Source of the DNA: Laetmonice hystrix
Lineage: Eukaryota
Assembly: GCA_965235115.1 (NCBI GenBank)
Contig: OZ249439.1
Span: 21,638,001-21,702,000 of the forward strand
Length of the DNA: 64,000 bases
Direction: 5' to 3'
The position numbers were made by a program, and so were the translations under genes. Of the stretch, positions 38,421 through 50,486 are shown one piece after another; positions within the stretch are counted from its first letter, which is position 1, and each line of letters opens with the position of its first letter. The notes under the pieces were generated by a model. It ran no database searches. It saw nothing but the letters and a program-made list of their open reading frames with translations, and was not told the origin of the DNA.

Positions 38421-39879
38421 ACATTGTAGATGTTGCCCAAATACACTGAGTCTGGAGTTCCCGCTCCAAATGCAATTACCGAGCTAGAACTAAGTGGGGA
38501 TACAAAAAAAACACCTACTTCCTCGTTTAACGATGGCTTATTGCCTGGAACGGAGTGTTCGATTTTTAAAATAGGCTGACCATTAAAAGTTGTTTGTTTC
38601 GTTGAAAGAGATCGTATCAGTAAGAAAACCCTACAGTTTGGACAGTTTTCGGTCTCCAATCGTGATCGAGTCGTTAGTGTGCTCTTATAATGTTGATAAG
38701 ACACTTTACAAAACAAGATTTCTTAAACACTTTGTTTCTATGGGTGGGTTTTTTAAACACTTTGGTTCTATGGGTGGGTGTATCATCTTTGCGAACCATG
38801 TCGATTTGTCGGCATAATTTGTACCTCGGTGTAGATCAGTTTGTAAACGGGGACATTTATTAACAGGGACGGCCCCATGGTAAAGTCTACCAGACTGACC
38901 ACCAGAGGGCGATTGTGTTACTGCTTGCCGAGTCGTCCCATAAAACTACCACTAGGAAGGTACGCCTTGCCTTTTAACAGTATTGGCATGCAGACAAAAA
39001 TATTGCGGTGAAAAGGTGCTTTTTGTTTACACCTAATCAATATATAGCTCCTATTAGCGTTGAGGTACATCTATTTAGTAAGCAATATATATTCCGCAGT
39101 AAAATGCTATCATATTATTCCCTTCAATATTTCAACCGCGGAACTTTCTGCGTCTATCAAGGAGAGACATATAATTTCCTGGTTAATTTTGAAGTTATAT
39201 GGAACCAGGACATGTCTGTAGATGGTTAGTTGCTTACAAAATCGCACATAATGGGATTCGAAGTGACCACTGCCTAGTGACCAGTGACAAGTGTCTAATT
39301 GAAACCGTCCTGCCGTGTGAGCCGGGCCGGGACCCCGACCCCAGCCCACTCCAAGTGGTCCCTGCTGACTCAGACCATCAGCTTTCTGATTACCACCGAC
39401 ACGTCCTGTATCCTTAGTCGTTTCTCAAGTATTAAAAGTTTGAAATAGTTTGGGGATTGCGGAGTTGATGTGTTTTGGTTCCGAATGACTACTCTGGTTA
39501 TTGCTCCCCTCAGACACCGCATAATTTCCCTTTCTTAGCGTTATTTGCCTTGTTCACGCCTGAGATGGAGAACTGAAGATGGAGAAGTGGTCCCGGAATG
39601 GCAGATCACAGACGGACAATGAGGTCTGCTGGTGTTCAGTTTATGGGAGTAGTCTAACCACCTACAATGTGCGGTCAATGAAAAGAGAACCTTGTGAGGG
39701 CTGCCCGTCTAAATATATATTTGACCGAAGCAATTTCACGCCTTGGAGTCGAATATTAAATTTCTTTATTATTGAGGACAAGACCACGTTATGTTGTGTG
39801 ACACCAAAGTCATTGCATTTCATAGGCTGAATAGAAAATAGGTATACATATATTGAATTGGGATTGTAGGTCCCCCTCC

Positions 39880-40072
39880 AACGCCAGGGTCATATTGAGA
39901 TGGTCAGTTATACTGTTGGGGGAAACCGGAGTACCCAATGAAAACCCGTCCAGCTTGCAGCAAATAATTTACAAACCTTGTCACATCCGCCACGGATGGG
40001 ATTCGAACCCCGATCATGTGAGGGGGCCTGTGATCATGAACCAGAGGCTTGCACCATTAAGGCGCCGTGGCC
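39880..40072 (-). mobile_element. tRNA-derived SINE (V-domain/RUDI-like)
   Basis: Minus strand: A-box-like GGCGCCTTAATGGT, B box GGGTTCGAATCCC, body ...GGTTTTCATTGGGTACTCCGGTTTCCCCC; no tRNA cloverleaf. Confidence 0.75.
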
Positions 40073-40267
40073 TTGTACAAATTAATTAGATGGCCTATTC
40101 ACACAGTATTGTCGCTTGCCAACTATCGATTTTGTTACGTGCGTGTGTTAAATCTGGTACGTAAGGGTATCAGTGGAAAGACCCGAGTTTGTTCGGTAGG
40201 CCGATAATTTCAAGGTCACCGTCGGACTGTGATTCCAGTGAGGATATGGCGAGAATCGGTGGTGGTA

Positions 40268-40400
40268 GGCCGCGGTGGCCAAGTTGTCTAACACTTTGGC
40301 TGGTGATCACAGAGCCTGTCATCTTTTTTGCTCGAATTCGTATTTCATCTGAGAAGGCGTGTCCGTTACTTGATGCAAGGTCTTTGGTTTTCGCCGGATA
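40268..40400 (+). mobile_element. tRNA-derived SINE 5' part, truncated by a TA-inserting element
   Basis: GGCCGCGGTGGCCAAGTTGTC (A-box-like), GCTCGAATTC (B-box-like), then ...GGTTTTCGCCGGA followed directly by TACAATGGAATCTC. Confidence 0.55.
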
Positions 40401-40535
40401 CAATGGAATCTCACCTAACGACCACCTCAGAACTAAGACCACCTCAAAATACGACCACTTTTGAGCAGTCCCAAAATTATCCCTATATTTTCAGTGTATG
40501 TATTTAAGTTTCAGAAATACGACCACCTCAGATTG
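40400..40535. mobile_element. Tc1/mariner-pogo-like MITE end
   Basis: TA-CAATGGAATCTCACCTAACGACCACCTC with repeated GACCACCTC subterminal motifs; the second end was not located. Confidence 0.4.
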
Positions 40536-43319
40536 CCCCTTCCAGGAAAACAGACGGTCTCGATGTAGCCCTGGCATAAATGTCGATTCCCAATGTAAAT
40601 CCCCTTACAGTGCGATGTAATTAGTGTGATGAGAATATGTCATATTGTATTATGTATGAAATCTTCCCGACTCAGGGCCTGTAGGCAGACACTGGAATAA
40701 ATGGAGTTATTCGCTGTCTCAGCGGTGATCATGATTCTCATACATTCACGTCCAACTTTCATGTCCCTTATAAACATCACACACGACACATTATCTACAT
40801 TTCAGCCATAAGTCGCTTCTGATCTCATTTAGCATTTGAAGATCAATCAAGACCTAATCGTAACGCAGGAGATAAAAAAAAAACAATCGTAATTAATATA
40901 AAGACGTTTCTTCCTGCATATAGGCTGCTAATTACTGTGGCAGAGGCGACCACAAAAAGAGATGACATCCGGTAGATGTAAGACATTACGGAGGTTGTTT
41001 TAGTACAATCCTTGTGATCTGAGTGAAATCAGCTCAATTTAGGACGGCCTCATAAGGTTGGGTCTATGATGGTAGCAACCCACGTCGGGTTCAATTATAG
41101 TAAATCTGGGCAGGTGACTTCCTCACCCTGGCGGCCGTCGTGGCAGTCGGCGCTGCAATCTCAACTTCACTCCTTCTTACCTACCATCGTTTCAGCGAAA
41201 TCACTCAAATAAATACAGATATATTTTAACGAAGATTTGCATATTGGTCAGTTGGGCCAATAATATCGCTTAAGTTTGAAAATGGGCTAAATTGGGACAT
41301 CATGTAAGTTCAGTTGTACCATACGTGTCCCCAGGTAAACAGTCCTACATGATGGCAGTGGCGCCCTCCTTCATTCACCCACATTCCTGAGTGGCACCAT
41401 CTCCAGATCGAGAATAAACTCGCTGTCCCATGTCACCTTGCCGAGTCCACGATAACCAAGGCAGGATCCTACCAGATTGGAATACTCACCCAATGTCACA
41501 GCTGCGCGAGACCATGCCAGGCCAGGTATCGGCTATAAATCATCGCCTGAGGATACAACCTGCATGTTTCATTTCCGTTCACTAAGCTATGCCTTCTGGG
41601 AAAAGGACGTTTGGCATAGAAAGAGAGAGAAAGAAGAAAGAAAGCCGACCTTTTAGATGTCGAACCGTGACGCTCAGACTGTGAATGTGATGCGCTGATA
41701 TTAGTAGACTAGTTTCTAACTCTAGGCTAGGGATGCCCACTCCGATTTTGTCACCCACAGCAATTCAAGATCAGTATAACACCATGCGGAGTGCCTCGAA
41801 TTGAAAGAATATTAAGTTAGAAAGGTAAGATTGTTTTTCCCAAAAGTAAAAATAACGATCCCGGGCAGAGCCTGTTTAGATGTGGAATTAATGTGGAGGC
41901 AATCGCCATAAAGTAATGGCGACACAAAAACTCGGTGTTGTAATGGTTTATGCCACGTTTTGGCCCCCAACTAGCGTAGGAATCAAAAACCCGCGTCCGG
42001 CTGCGATCTAATGTGACCTCATAAAGAAACGCTGATGAGGACGCAGATATGGCATTGGTATTGTTGTTAAGGTAATGCTTGCATCACTGCGGGTCGGCTG
42101 TCGTTACTCTTACCGTCTAGACGATTGGTTATTATCTGAGTCATTTAAAACATCCATAATCATGGTGAGATTGGTGACACCGATACCTGGACAGTATATC
42201 GTCAGTAATCGGACTCTATACAGGACGAAACCTATTAACAATCGGGCAGTCAGCAACAATTGCTGTGAAACAGGATGAAAAAGAGCAAAAGACACACACA
42301 CTGTGTGACAGTTAATTACTACGTCAGTCTTTTTATATTCCACCTAATATACTGTTCCCCATTTTGTACTAATTTTGACTATAGTGTAGTGACAACCATG
42401 TTGAAGGTCGATGTAACATAGGTGTTAAAAACACGGAATGATCGCCACCCCCGCAGCACACTTCCAAGTCTGACGACCTATTAGTAACCCGATACAAGAA
42501 CCACTTTATATAAACTACTTACACACGCCTTTTTCTCTTGCCGTACCGACCTTATTTCGTACACCAGTCGCTCATTGACGTGTTAGCCCTAGGGGGTGTT
42601 TTAGTCATTACTTACAGTGCGCTGATTTCACTGTGCCTGACTGTGCATGAGCACCAAGCCCTCCTGTGGGGCGACAGAGGGTACAGCCATTTGTATCGGC
42701 AATAGCCCAAAGTGATTCAATGCTAGATGGACGTGACATGCATTAGCTCGGACCTTCATCCGGAACTTCATATTCCATAAAACAAAATATTTCCTAAGAG
42801 CTCAGTTATCATCAGGAAAGAGTTATGAACCACAGTTGATACTTTTTCCTTCGCGTCTGATTTTCTGGCGCCGTTGGTGTAAACCTCAAGGGATGAGGAC
42901 AGATTGGCCTGGCCAGTCTGGTTGTTAAAAACCGCAATCTAATTTCTCTTCCCACTGTTCACTTTTTATGAGTGGCTTCAGCCGAACAGTTTAAATTCTT
43001 GTCGTCAAGGATACGCGCTGAAGGAATCCGTCGACCCCCCACCCTCAAAATAACCAAAGCAAGCGCACAGAGCTACAGTAGCTGTGTTTGTAAACATTCA
43101 CTAATTAAGAGCGACCAGCAGGAGGAAACATGGAACTGAAGCTGCTCTCAGCAAATGTAATTCAGCCAACGTCACCACAATTCGATTGAATGCGACTTAA
43201 ATATACACTTGAATGTTTGTTTTTTTATTAAGTGAGTATATTTGAGGTGCCTCTTCAAAGTCTGTTTCCGTTTATTATAACACGTGCAGGCATTCTTTCC
43301 GTCCTCTTCTTCCCCCCTC

Positions 43320-43492
43320 CCTTTATTCTTCGATCCTCCTGCTCCTCCTCCTCCTCCTACTGCTCCTCCTGTTGCTGCTCCTCCTGCTGCTACTCCCCCT
43401 CCTCCTCCTGCTGCTCCTCCTGCTGCTCCTCCTGCTCATCCTCCTACTCATCCTGCCCTCCTCTCCTTCCTCCCTCCCCCCTCCTCCCCTCC
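43320..43492. repeat. (CCT/GCT)n low-complexity tract
   Basis: Pyrimidine-rich trinucleotide mosaic that explains the P/A-, S/C- and R/S-rich ORFs here. Confidence 0.85.
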
Positions 43493-46104
43493 GGTCCCAA
43501 GACCTGTTCGGTGCCGCCGTTAGAGATAATGAATAATGAAAGGATGCGGTTGGTGATAACGCGTTGAAATGACGAGGAGTTGGGGGGGGGGCGTCCAGGG
43601 GCGTTTCAATATAGCCCAAAGATTTCTTTGAAAACCTCGCTGGATTGGGTAAGGGGCAGGGCACCAAAGTCCGTGGGAATTTACCGTCGGGCTGTATCAT
43701 AATCTCGGGAACTATAACGTGCCCTTTGTGTACACATCCCCGGTTGAAGAATGACGGTTGGACTACCAGCAGAATGTTAATCTATACGTTGGCCATCAGT
43801 CCGACTGCTCTCCCTATGGCCGTTATGAATTTACCAACTCGTATAGCTTCAGAGACGACGATGAAGCTTTGGTTGGTGTCCATGGCTGACCCAGAATCAG
43901 GAGGGACCATGTTGAGTGAGGTCACTGACCACAATGGCCGTCAACCCTGAGGCTGACGGGAAAGTGATTCCAGCAGGGAGCCATCTTATTTCGTTAGGAC
44001 AACCCGTACATGCCGAATGTCGTTATCTCTGGGCCATTCTCCCCCACAGCCGCCTGAGTTGACACACTGAATCATACCGTGTCATCTTTGATACATTTAT
44101 GACTGTATCTTTGCCTCTGATGTGGAGGTGGTGTATGGCATGGGTGTCCAGCCATGTAGTTCGATCACGAGCCATCCTCGAGTCGAACCCTCAGGTTCTT
44201 GGCAGCCGACCGCTGGATTATTCTAGGATAAGGCCAAACGTTGTTTTATTATTATTATTACATTTTGCAGACCGACCAACACGATTTTCCCCCAAGTGAT
44301 TTCCGACTGTTTCAGTTTCTTTATGCCCTCCCCCCGCCCCATATTGTCTTTTTTAAATTGTTAGAATCTGCTAGATTTCTTTAAGCTGTCAAATTGTGAT
44401 AGAGCGCCTATTTAAGGCGCAGTTCCTCCGATATAACCATAATACCCCATGTAGTGTGTATAGAGACGACAACAGACATACACCAACCGGTTGAGGGAAT
44501 AAATGAATAAATACGTTTTATGATCCAAACTCCGGTGAGAAATCTCCCCCCTCCCCCTCAACACTTTACGTTGATCCGTTTACGAAAGGTATAACTCGAC
44601 TTGTCAGGACACATTAGTGGTGGCGATGTGACCAATATTTAGATGTGAAATCATGAGGGTGCCCACTACCCTACCAATCTGTGCTAGCCCGGGCAGTGGC
44701 TGAGCTGATAACGCTAACAGGACCGGCCTGGCCAGGCTAAGTGCCTCCCTAAACCAGCCTCCAAACGTAACTTGAGCTGCGTATTGCCTGCTAAGTGTGC
44801 ACTGGGACCACAATCCATTAGGATAATCCATCTCAATTTGTTCTACAATAATCTACCGTTATGAATCAGAGCCTTTTGACCGAGGCTAAAAGCTTGAGGT
44901 TCTACACTCCTCCCTCCACCCCAACCAGGTCTCTGGGGAATCTGTGTGATTATATAGAAACCGTTGGTGGATACCTGATGAGTAGTTTAGGCAAAGTGTC
45001 ACCTGGATCAGGTTATATATTGTGGCGGGTTGTTTAATGCCACGATTATCTCTTAGTTCAGTGACTCCAAAATGAAGACCTGGGCCGGTAGGTTAGATAA
45101 GGTCTTAGACTACATAAATCAATACACGTACGCGCACAGAAATGGAGAAACAGGGAAAGAAGGCATTAACTTATCCGTCAAACCGGGTATTTCCTCTTGG
45201 TCATAGCTAGACCCGTAAAAATTATCTCTTGTCGGTATGAAGTGTGCCTACTTGTTGAAAACGTAAATTGATTATGCAACGTAACAGATCGATGCCGTCT
45301 TTATTTATTTATATATTTATTTATTACTTTAGCTATTCATTTTTTTCTGTCATTATCATTGTATGGTGTCACAATTGTGAGCAACCTGAACTAAGGTGTA
45401 TCATACTAGACATCACCACAGATAGGCCTATTCTATAGAAGTTTCGCTCACTGATCTCAATGTTCAGAATGCCTTTATATGGTATGTATCTGATGACATC
45501 GGGGGCTATCGCTGGGAGCTGGTACTTAATGGGTCTCGGAGAATGGCGCCCACCCGATAATAATTGACGTTGCGTGATGTAATTACGGACATATTACTCC
45601 ACTCGGCCTGTCACAGTCGGCCTCCACACTCGGAGAGAATTCTCCCTAAGTTTTGACAGATGGCATGTTGTTAACGCGTGTCCTGAGGTCCTTCATCATG
45701 TCACGTGACCGAGTGGCAGTATTTTGGCGTCACGCTGTAATATGTTGTCTCTGTGGAATGGCTATGTGCGGCACCTCATTTGCTGATGTATCATTATGAG
45801 TTTTTAGTCACTTTTAAGGAGATGTTTATGGAAGTTGAGAGATTAATAGCAGGTAGACATGTTTTGTAGGAGATAGAGTTCTGTTGTTCTGGTTAAAAAC
45901 TTATAAAGGTCATTGTTAAACGATGCGTTGCGTTTAGAACGGAGGGAAAAGTGCGCCCAAATATGGCCTGGAAATAGTGCCTGATATGATCACCATCATT
46001 AATTATTGTATGATTTTATAGTATTGAAGAAAAAATGATGTACCGGTGATTTTAGTTGCAAGGGATTTGGTTTGGAAAACTTAAGTAGTCTTTCTTTTAA
46101 AAAA

Positions 46105-46366
46105 AAATGGTTCTGAGCGGTTCAACCTTCCATATCACCAACCATTGTCTGAAGAACAAATGATACATCAAATGGTTCTGAGCGGTTCAACCTTCCATAT
46201 CGCCAACCAGTGTCTGAAGAACAAATGATACATCAAATGGTTCTGAGCGGTTCAACCTTCCATATCACCAACCATTGTCTGAAGAACAAATGGTACATCA
46301 AATGGTTCTGAGCGGTTCAACCTTCCATATCGCCAACCAGTGTCTGAAGAACAAAATGGTACATCA
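46105..46366. repeat. 65-bp tandem repeat, about 4 copies
   Basis: Unit AAATGGTTCTGAGCGGTTCAACCTTCCATATCACCAACCATTGTCTGAAGAACAAATGATACATC; ends about 55 nt before the MTMR exon 2 acceptor. Confidence 0.93.
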
Positions 46367-46421
46367 AGTTGCTTGTTTCCGTTGGGTTGTACCCGATTGA
46401 TGGTTTCCGTTTCTGTTGCAG

Positions 46422-46538
46422 GTTGAGAATGTGAGGCTGGTGGACCGTTTCAACACGCGGAAACCGGCCATCGGCACGCTCTACCTGACCACCACACACC
46501 TCATCTTTGTGGAACCCTCCGGTAAAAAGGAAACATGG
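46422..46538 (+). CDS. MTMR6/7/8: myotubularin-related protein 6/7/8, coding exon 2 (PH-GRAM domain start)
   Basis: ttctgttgcag|VENVRLVDRFNTRKPAIGTLYLTTTHLIFVEPSGKKETW|gtaagt; 117 nt, phase 0-0; matches the MTMR6/7/8 N-terminal motif GTLYLTATH.IF...KETW. Confidence 0.96.
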
Positions 46539-47799
46539 GTAAGTGGGCGTCTGTGATATATCTTCATGAGTTTAGATTCACAAATAAGTACATTGGAATG
46601 TCACTGTTGTGCTGTCTTTTAAAGAAAGGGATTGCTTGAAATACTCCCCTCGATGAAGGCGCCTAGTGGCATTCCCTGTAGATGTCAGACAAGGTGGTTC
46701 TTCCTCAGGCTCCTACGGTTCCTCGGTGATCGTGAAATACACGAGACCAGTTAAACAGAAAGGTTTTCTTTGTTCCTGACGTGGAATTAATCCCACCAGA
46801 GCTGTGTTTTGCCGACCATGTAATTTTTTATACCTCGTGTACTGAGAGAGTTAGCGGCGGGTGGTGTGGCTTGACGGCCGTGTTTGCCAGCCGGGTCTGA
46901 AGAGATAAGTGTACGGTGGGGGGGGGGGGGGGGCTCTGTGATGGACAAATCGCCCCCCCCCCTCCCCATCGTTATCGGACACGGGCAGGGATGGGTTATT
47001 TTATACACGCCTCATTTTGACCGGGTATTGACAGCATTGTTAATATCTCAGACAATAAAATTTTGTTTGATGGTGTCTTTCTTTTTCTCTTTCTTTGTCT
47101 TTTTAAAACGGTCGAGGCGCTTTTGCTGTAGCCCTATATGTGTACGATTCATTTTCTCCTTTATTTATTTACGATTACCATATATCATAATGTATGGATG
47201 TTCAGTTTAGTGTATCAAATAAGAGGTAATTATAAGAGAGTAAATACGAAGAAATAAGCAATTTGAGTATGTCATATGGGAATCGATGCTAGGTAGACAT
47301 ACACAGAAAGTCAGACTCCTGAACTCCTTATAACTCCTGAAGATTGGGAATATATAGTACTGAATTATGCATAAGACATCAGCAATAGCCGGTCCATCAG
47401 TAAATTCTGATCGTCTAGGCCCTTTAATAAATCCTGAATGGCCGGCCCATCAGTATATCTTGGTGGACTTTGTGGTGTATACAGCTTGTGGTGTATACAA
47501 CAGTTAAATAACGAAGGGCCTGATGATGTAGCTGACGTTGATTAATTAGTCAGCAACACAATATTTTACAGAAAATATGATCCGGTTTCAGAGAGGTTTG
47601 AATGTAAAGTGACAGCCTGGAATCTAATATGCCTGGGTGTTTGAAACGGTTAGGTGATCAAAGACCTCCTGGAGACTAATGAGTGCATATAGAAACCTCA
47701 CAGGGTGTTCGGAGTAACTGCGCTACGATCGGGCTGACGGTGGAGACCAGCGTTTTGCTGACAACCATTTCAGTTACGAGAGAGGCGGTGAAGTATAGT

Positions 47800-48450
47800 G
47801 GCGTGTCTCTGCATGGTTCGTGGTCACTGGGCCGCGCTCCTTTCGTACCCTCTTCCTGATGTGAGAAAGGTTGCCAGATTCTTGCTGCAGGGTCAGTGGA
47901 TATCCCCAGGTATTCCAGTTGCCTGGACCAGTCAAACTGAACGCCAGCATGTGTCCGTTGCAGCGCGTTGTAACCCCAATCCCTGGAAGATCGAGCAAGT
48001 CAGATGAAATGACATGACGCTCGGCAGTAAACGGTAATTGGCACAAGTCCTGTCATTCGATACGATGTGTGCTGTAAGCCGGTTTGGCCGGATGCCATTG
48101 TCACAACAGAGGTGCAGTGTTTCAAAGGAACCCCCGCTCCTACCCACCCCCAGAAAGGTCATGCCCAGCGAAAAAAGGTTGGACATTACAGTCCAATACA
48201 AAGAAGCCCCTTTCCCTTGTGCCTACCTTTTTGAAGGCCAGAATTTCCGTGTAAATGTCACGCTTTGCTCTGGCACCTGGGGCAGCCTCAGAAATGCCGT
48301 GTGTCGGATGTGATATTTGTTCTGATCCGGGTAGGGTCATCCGGGCTCCTGGACGATCCCAGACCCGGCTGACACCTAGCGGGTTAAATAGGAACTTTGA
48401 CATTGGTGCAAGGCCAAAGATTAGGTACATCACATATCGAGGCAGTCCAC
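47800..48450 (-). mobile_element. decayed DIRS/Ngaro-type RT
   Basis: Minus-strand motifs in Ngaro RT order: NPLGVSRVWDRPGARM (compare SPLG.VPKK.PG.FRL), GARAKRDI (compare GA..AK.DI), FFVLDC, SRQLEYLGISTDP (compare LE+LGI.+D); frameshifted. A Cys/His-rich stretch at about 49400-49470 may be a gag remnant. Confidence 0.5.
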
Positions 48451-50301
48451 GTGACTGGTGCAAAAAAAAACGGAGTATCCAGAGATGAATGTCCCACCGA
48501 ACTGCAGCAAGCTGGGACTCTGAAGATCGCCATGCGTGTGGAGAAGTTGAGAGCAGGTGTTTGCAGAGTGGGGATGGCCAACTGTCGACTCCCTGTGCTG
48601 GGTCGATCCCCCAAGGGGCCTGGTTTTTAGTTCGCAAAATGTGCTCCAAATTAAGACTTAAAATCAGGCTCAAGGTTTCGGATTGGCTGGTGTCACTGGC
48701 AGTGGCCCAGGGGTCGTTCAATAGAACGCAACATTTCGTAACGTTACGTTTAGTAACGGTAAAGCGTATGTACCACATATGTATGGTCATGATTCCCAAT
48801 ATTAATTTTAGTGGACCATGTTCAGAATTGTATGGGCATATGTAGCAAATATGTCTTTAATAAATAATTAATATCATGTGATGACCTTGTTTTTGTGAGT
48901 ACGCATTTAAACCCACCCAGCCACATTCTAAAAGTTAAATGGTTCAGTCAGATGCCCGTAAATCAAGGAGTCAACCCTATCTCTAAAAAATAAATTTAGA
49001 ATTGATAGATCATGTCGAACGAGCGAGATTTACGTTGTGGTGGCGTGAAGGAGGAGCTGGAATCACGTGACGCCACTTGACCAGCCTTAGTTAGTGAATG
49101 AGTTGGTAGTTTCACACCCGTCGGCGGTATATTCTATGACGGGGATGAAGTAAGAAAGATTCGCTCCACTTGGAGGCAAGTCACCTGCTTTTTTTGGGGG
49201 AGGGGAGGGGATATCCCAAAGGAGATTTGACAAATTTATTCGAGTTGGGGTGGGCGGGTGTGCGCTCCAGCCACACCAGCCTTGAGTCGTAATCTGCAAC
49301 AAGAATTCAGGATGCTGGGTAATTGGGTTAACTAAACCAAGATTTGCGTTACTTGTATTTGGTTTCTGAAATGGCCGCGTCGCCGATTGTCCTGGGTAAC
49401 ACTGCTTGTATTGGTGGTATTGTTGACAACAATAGGTGTTAAAACAATAGAACATTCTGGAACATGAATGCCTTGTGGAACAGAAGGTTATGGAACCAGC
49501 AGCTGCTGGAACATTATACATTCATCCATGAAATAGGAAGCAAAATGAGGAATAATGACGGTTTCGACTTGAGGAAAACATGGACAGTGACTTTATAAGT
49601 TTGTCGGAAACAATTCTACTCACAAAAGATAAAGAGGCTCATAGTTTCCCCTTATCTCACGGAAACATCCGAGTTATGATAGAGAGGTGTCGAGATAAGA
49701 TCTATCCTCGTTGGCCATGCCGCTACCAAAGCAGACACAAAGCCCCCAAAAAGGGCTTAGCTAGAGGAACCGTTGAGAAAGATTGATGAAGTCCTACGAA
49801 CCCCCCTCAAGATACGTCATGTCAGGTGGCACGCAGTCAGAATGCAGTTTTTATCCTCGGACATTAGCTTATCACCAGCCGCTAAGAAAGCCTTGCGGAA
49901 ATATTCTAGGAGAGACTTTGTATACTATTAGATAAAAGTTGATGTAATGCAAAATCTTCTCTTCTGCAGTTTTTTTAAACCTCTTTTTCTGATGGGGGGA
50001 TCATTGCAGTGGCATCAGATGTAAGATTAAAGATTACGGTAATACGCCTTGCCTTGAGGCGGGCGGTCGCTGCAATTCCAGGCTCGGTCAGCTAGGATTA
50101 CGATTCCTAGAAGGCTTCTAGGAATCTCATTGAGGTAAAGAAGAGTTCTACTTGACACGGAAAGAAAATAAACCAATTTCTGTGAATTACTGACTTGGAA
50201 GGTGACTGTGTCTTCTACTAAAAGTAAAGCGCCGACGTTAATTGGTATTGATTTTGAATTCATAAAGGAGGGGGGAAAATGTTGTCTAGTTGTGATTCCT
50301 G

Positions 50302-50449
50302 GGCCCGGTTTTTTGGTTGAGCTTGAGTCAAGTTTGAGACGAAAACCTTGTCTCAAGCTCACGGCCCTATGAGTCGATTCATAGGGTCGTAAGCTTGAGA
50401 CGAGGTTTTCGTCTCAAACTTGCCTCAAGCTCAACCAAAAAACCGGGCC
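50302..50449. mobile_element. PIF/Harbinger-type palindromic MITE, 148 bp
   Basis: Nearly whole-length palindrome GGCCCGGTTTTTTGGTTGAGCTTGAG...CTCAAGCTCAACCAAAAAACCGGGCC with a CTG target-site duplication on both sides. Confidence 0.9.
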
Positions 50450-50486
50450 CTGGACTACTTTTCTTTATACCATCGACTGACAGAGT

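Noticed and set aside
43232-43700. P/A-, S/C- and R/S-rich (protamine-like) ORFs
   Set aside because: Explained by the CCT/GCT low-complexity tract; no splice or start context.
42030-45000. Hammerhead ribozyme cores at CTGATGAG (about 42031, about 44976)
   Set aside because: No stem II followed by GAAA at the required spacing.
48397-48630. RVEKL as MTMR exon 3
   Set aside because: Lacks the surrounding ILH..I..VEKL...G.PL.I.CK.F pattern and overlaps the Ngaro-like remnant; exon 3 is probably beyond 64000.
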